Shown: positions 60,901-64,000 of the stretch, piece after piece
Layout: every line of letters begins with the position of its first letter
Position numbering within the stretch: position 1 is the first letter of the stretch
Assembly: GCA_001643675.2 (NCBI GenBank)
Contig: LSRY02000056.1
Coordinates: forward strand, 434,001 to 498,000
Length of the DNA: 64,000 nucleotides
Reading direction: 5' to 3'
DNA from: Monocercomonoides exilis PA203
Taxonomy: Eukaryota > Protista > Preaxostyla
Made by a program: the position numbers and the translations under genes
The notes under the pieces: generated by a model
Seen by the model: only the letters and a program-made list of their open reading frames with translations
Told to the model about the DNA's origin: nothing
Databases searched by the model: none

Positions 60901-63900
60901 ATGTTGATTCCATGCAGTCAAAGATTACTGAATCATCAGCAGCTTCTCCTTTCTCATCGTCCAATCAATTGAGCACAAAAGTTATTCCTCTTGAAACATC
61001 TGACAATTCTGTTTCATTTGTTTCACTGGAACACACTCAAACAACAACTAAATTATCATCAACAACAGAATCAACCACAACTCCAGTGATTCCTCAGCTT
61101 ACCCTTACAAATGAGAAGCAACAGAACAAAGCACCAACCAATGCAATATCGCCTTCATTAAATGCATCACATTCATCGCTGACTGATCGTTCTTCTCCTG
61201 TTTCGATCACAAACACAGACAATTCAGAGTCAGGCGATGGAACAGAAAGAGAGAAGACAATACAGATGGATATGCAGAACAATGAAGAACATGGTGAGGA
61301 AGAGGAGGAAGAGGAAGACATCAATGAAGACAGCTGCGAAGCAAAGAATGCAAAGAATGCTAAAGAATCAAAGAAGAAGTCCAAGAAGCTGAAGTCAGAA
61401 GGAGAGAAAAGAGAGGTCACAACAGGAATGAAGAAGTCATCATCAGCACCTTCTTTGCAGATAGTTGCAACACCCAAAGCGATTCTGGCACAGATGAGTG
61501 ACGAAGACGAAGATGGTGAGGGAATAATCGTTGGGCAGATTGGTGTGGATGAGTGGGAGCTTGCAGCAGACAGCAGAAATGGAGAGAATGGAGGAGCAGG
61601 AGGAGGAGTTGCAAGTGCAAGTGCAGAAGGAGGATGTGATGGTGAATCAATGAGCTCTTCTCGCCATGCATCTTCTCCGCTCTCCACTCCCCTTCGACCA
61701 GGAGCAGTTCCCAGCATCATCGGCTCAGCTACTTCTGCCAGTCAGTCAGGAGAATCTGTATATTCTCCTTCTATTTCATTCACTCAGCTCTTTTCTCCTC
61801 ATCCGCAGGGTATCACCTCTCCGTCTCCGCTAGTCTATCCACCCACTGCTCCTTCCCCTACACACACAAATATCTTCACCTCACGCGCCTCTCCTTCACT
61901 TCAGCCACGCACAATCACACCACCTCCTTCATCTTCTCCTCGTCCTTCTCCTCTGCATCGCTCACTCCAAACATCTGCTCCTTCTTCTTCGAATTCAGAT
62001 GGAAAAACAGAGCTAGAATCTCCGAGTCAGCTGGGGCTTTCATACAATTTGTTGGGAGATTCCAGTGCATCATTATTATCAGCATCATCAACAACTTCAT
62101 CATCATCGAAGTCAAATACAATAGACACTGCAAATACAGCACAAACATCATCAACAACATCAGCTGCTTCAGCGATTTCCAGCACATCCACACAGCTCTC
62201 TTCAACCACCGGCACGACATCCACTCTCTGCCAGCCATTCAAACCACCAGACACTTCTTCCGCTGTCGATCTATTCACCCGCCTGCCTGCTCCTCCCACA
62301 GTCACCCGCAGCGAGACAGTCGAGAAACTACGTGAGCTCCACCAGATATTAGCACACAACCCAGTTTTCCCTCCGATGCCTCTGAACTTCCTCTCCTCAG
62401 CGAGTGTGCCCATCCTCAAAGGAGAAGATCAGAAGACAGACATCCACGTGGACATCGGCTATGGCACTGTGTCTGGCATTGTCAACTCAGACTACGTCAG
62501 ATGCCTGCTGACTGTGTATCCAGCAGCACGACCGCTCATCGTTGTGCTGAAGACGTTTCTGGCATATCATCACCTGAACGAGCCATACAAGGGAGGAATG
62601 AGTGGATACCCGCTGACACTTCTGGTTGTGTCGCATCTGCAGCAGTTCAAGCGCAACTTTGGAGAGGACTGGGAGAATGCGTCGCTGGGGAAGCTGCTGG
62701 TCACTTTCTTTGAGCTGTATGGAGAATCTCCAACTCTGCCAATGCCTTCTGCTGCTAACTGCTCGTCGACCACTGACTTTTTGAATTCTTCTTATTCTTC
62801 CTCGTCTTCATCCGGTTCTTCGGGCGAGGATGGCTTTTCTTCATCTTCTCCTTCCTCTTCTTCATCTTCTCTATCTTCATCAACTACAACTTCTCCTATC
62901 AAAGACGGAAGCAGCACTGGAATCAGTGGAAGTGGTGTAGGCAGTGGGAGCAGTGGAATGGCAGTTGCATCAGCCATCTCTCCAGCAACCTCTGCGTCTG
63001 CACTGCCTCAGCGCTTCTCCTTCTCAAAGTATGCAATTTCTGTGAGAGGGCACGGGGCATATCTCAATTTGGAGCAACTAAAGCACACCAACCGCAGCCT
63101 GGCGATGCGAACGGACTTTACGTTCTGCCCAATTGTGGTGGAGGATCCGATGAACATTGAGAACAACACAGCCAGAAGCTGCTTTGCCATCTCCACCATT
63201 CAGAAGCAGTTCCGACTGGCGTATCAGCAGCTGCGATGGACAGAGATGACTGAGAAAAGCTCACTTGCCTTTTTCCAGCCATCACACTCGCCTTCTGTTT
63301 CTGCAATTTCATCGCTTTCATCGCTTTCTGAATCGACTGCCTCGTCAGACGGGACAACTCCACAGTCACCACTTTCTCAGCAACAGACTCCGTTCATGTC
63401 TTCGAGCGCATCAATAGCACATTCACACTCAATGGTCGCCTTCACTTCTCTGCCACCTCCTGAACTTCTGGAGAAATACGACGATATTTTGACTCTGCGC
63501 CAGGCAATTGAGCGAAGAACAAGTGCGAAAGAAGGCGAAACGTATCAAATTGGTTCAGATGAGAAAACAGTTCAAAACGGCACTATATCATCAGCATCAT
63601 CATCATCAAGCACATTGACTGATTCATCACAAATATCGAGTGATTCGAAGGACGCTGGAGCAGAAACACCATCAGCAGGATCCACTCCTCTTCCATTTCA
63701 CAGCAGTTCATCTTCTCCTGGTTTAATCAGCCACACCACTACCACTTCAACCACTTCAGCTACTGCCTCCTCCTCCTCTTCTTCTTCTTCTTCCACTTCA
63801 CTTTCTTCTTCCCCTGCACAGTCATATCCTCTCATCCGCCTGCCTCGCCCACTCAATGCGCCCTTGTCTCGACTGCTCTTCAGAACTTCCAACAGCTTCA

Positions 63901-64000
63901 CTGTACCCACCTGCCTCGGTGACATCTTCACGTTTGATGCGCTTTTTGCAGAGAGACGCTCGCAAATGAACCGTTTCATGGAAGAGACGCCTCAGTTCGG
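43830..64000 (+). CDS. Giant (>6400 aa, 3'-incomplete) protein: coiled coil + 2 RPEL motifs + low-complexity region + Trf4/PAPD5(TENT4)-like nucleotidyltransferase; proposed exons 43830-43997, 44060-44151, 44206-45941, 46258-46389, 46705->64000
   Basis: All four introns are GT-AG and frame-consistent. The frame at 46707 is the same as that of the polymerase motifs at 59751 and 62400. The ORF track lists no stop-closed ORF in that frame despite many in-frame ATGs, so it is open to the window end. The 5' start is uncertain. Confidence 0.8.
45860..46389 (+). other. Two RPEL-like motifs in adjacent exons
   Basis: IEKYLSNRPSINDMKKRHIL (end of exon 44206-45941) and LSRKLRKRADKQDLIDRGVI (exon 46258-46389) fit LxxxLxxRPxxxELxxRxIL; the second lacks the Pro. 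Confidence 0.75.
49063..49217 (+). repeat. (TCT)n(TCC)n microsatellite encoding ~50 consecutive Ser
   Basis: Uninterrupted trinucleotide run in the giant exon. Confidence 0.95.
59560..63240 (+). other. Trf4/PAPD5-like NTase + PAP-associated domain, in three pieces (~59560-59790, ~62310-62725, ~63010-63240)
   Basis: LSDEISAFHSYMS...RFDVVDRI...VYGSLSTYLSLPTSDVDVV; SASVPILK...IHVDIG...RPLIVVLKTFL...LNEPYKGGMSGY...SHLQ...LGKLLVTFFELYG; FSFSKYAISV...VEDPMNIENNTARSCF...IQKQFRLAYQQL. Confidence 0.92.

Noticed and set aside
46790-63979. Many poly-Leu/Lys/Glu/Phe ORFs on the minus strand and in off-frames, including the 676-aa ORF 50257-52287
   Set aside because: Shadows of the stop-poor microsatellite sequence of the real plus-strand exon; no domains.
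1-64000. CRISPR arrays, tRNA or rRNA genes
   Set aside because: No repeat-spacer periodicity or recognisable structural RNA seen by eye; tRNAscan-SE/Infernal would be needed to exclude small RNAs.

Overview
Eukaryotic, intron-containing protist DNA with AT-rich intergenic regions and extreme poly-Ser coding tracts. Most consistent with the oxymonad Monocercomonoides; this is inferred from composition and gene families, not from a database match. In order: (1) RPL37 (minus, runs off the left edge); (2) an intact Tc1/IS630-like transposon with perfect 78-bp TIRs and a TA target duplication; (3) a TBC Rab-GAP; (4) a ~3070-aa single-exon receptor-like protein with tandem beta-helix/Pmp-like modules, a TM helix and a pseudokinase; (5) a ~14-kb zone of decayed elements holding a pogo/Fot1-like element, a Sola-like transposase pseudogene, three ~240-bp palindromic MITEs and gene remnants; (6) a lineage-specific hypothetical gene; (7) eIF3c head-to-head with a myotubularin; (8) a giant gene from ~43.8 kb past the right edge. 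Most of gene 8 is missing from the ORF track because its ~17.3-kb last exon has no stop in the window. As modelled, it joins a coiled coil and two RPEL (G-actin-binding) motifs to a Trf4/PAPD5-type non-canonical poly(A) polymerase whose catalytic fold is split by large low-complexity inserts. This is the most interesting object in the window.
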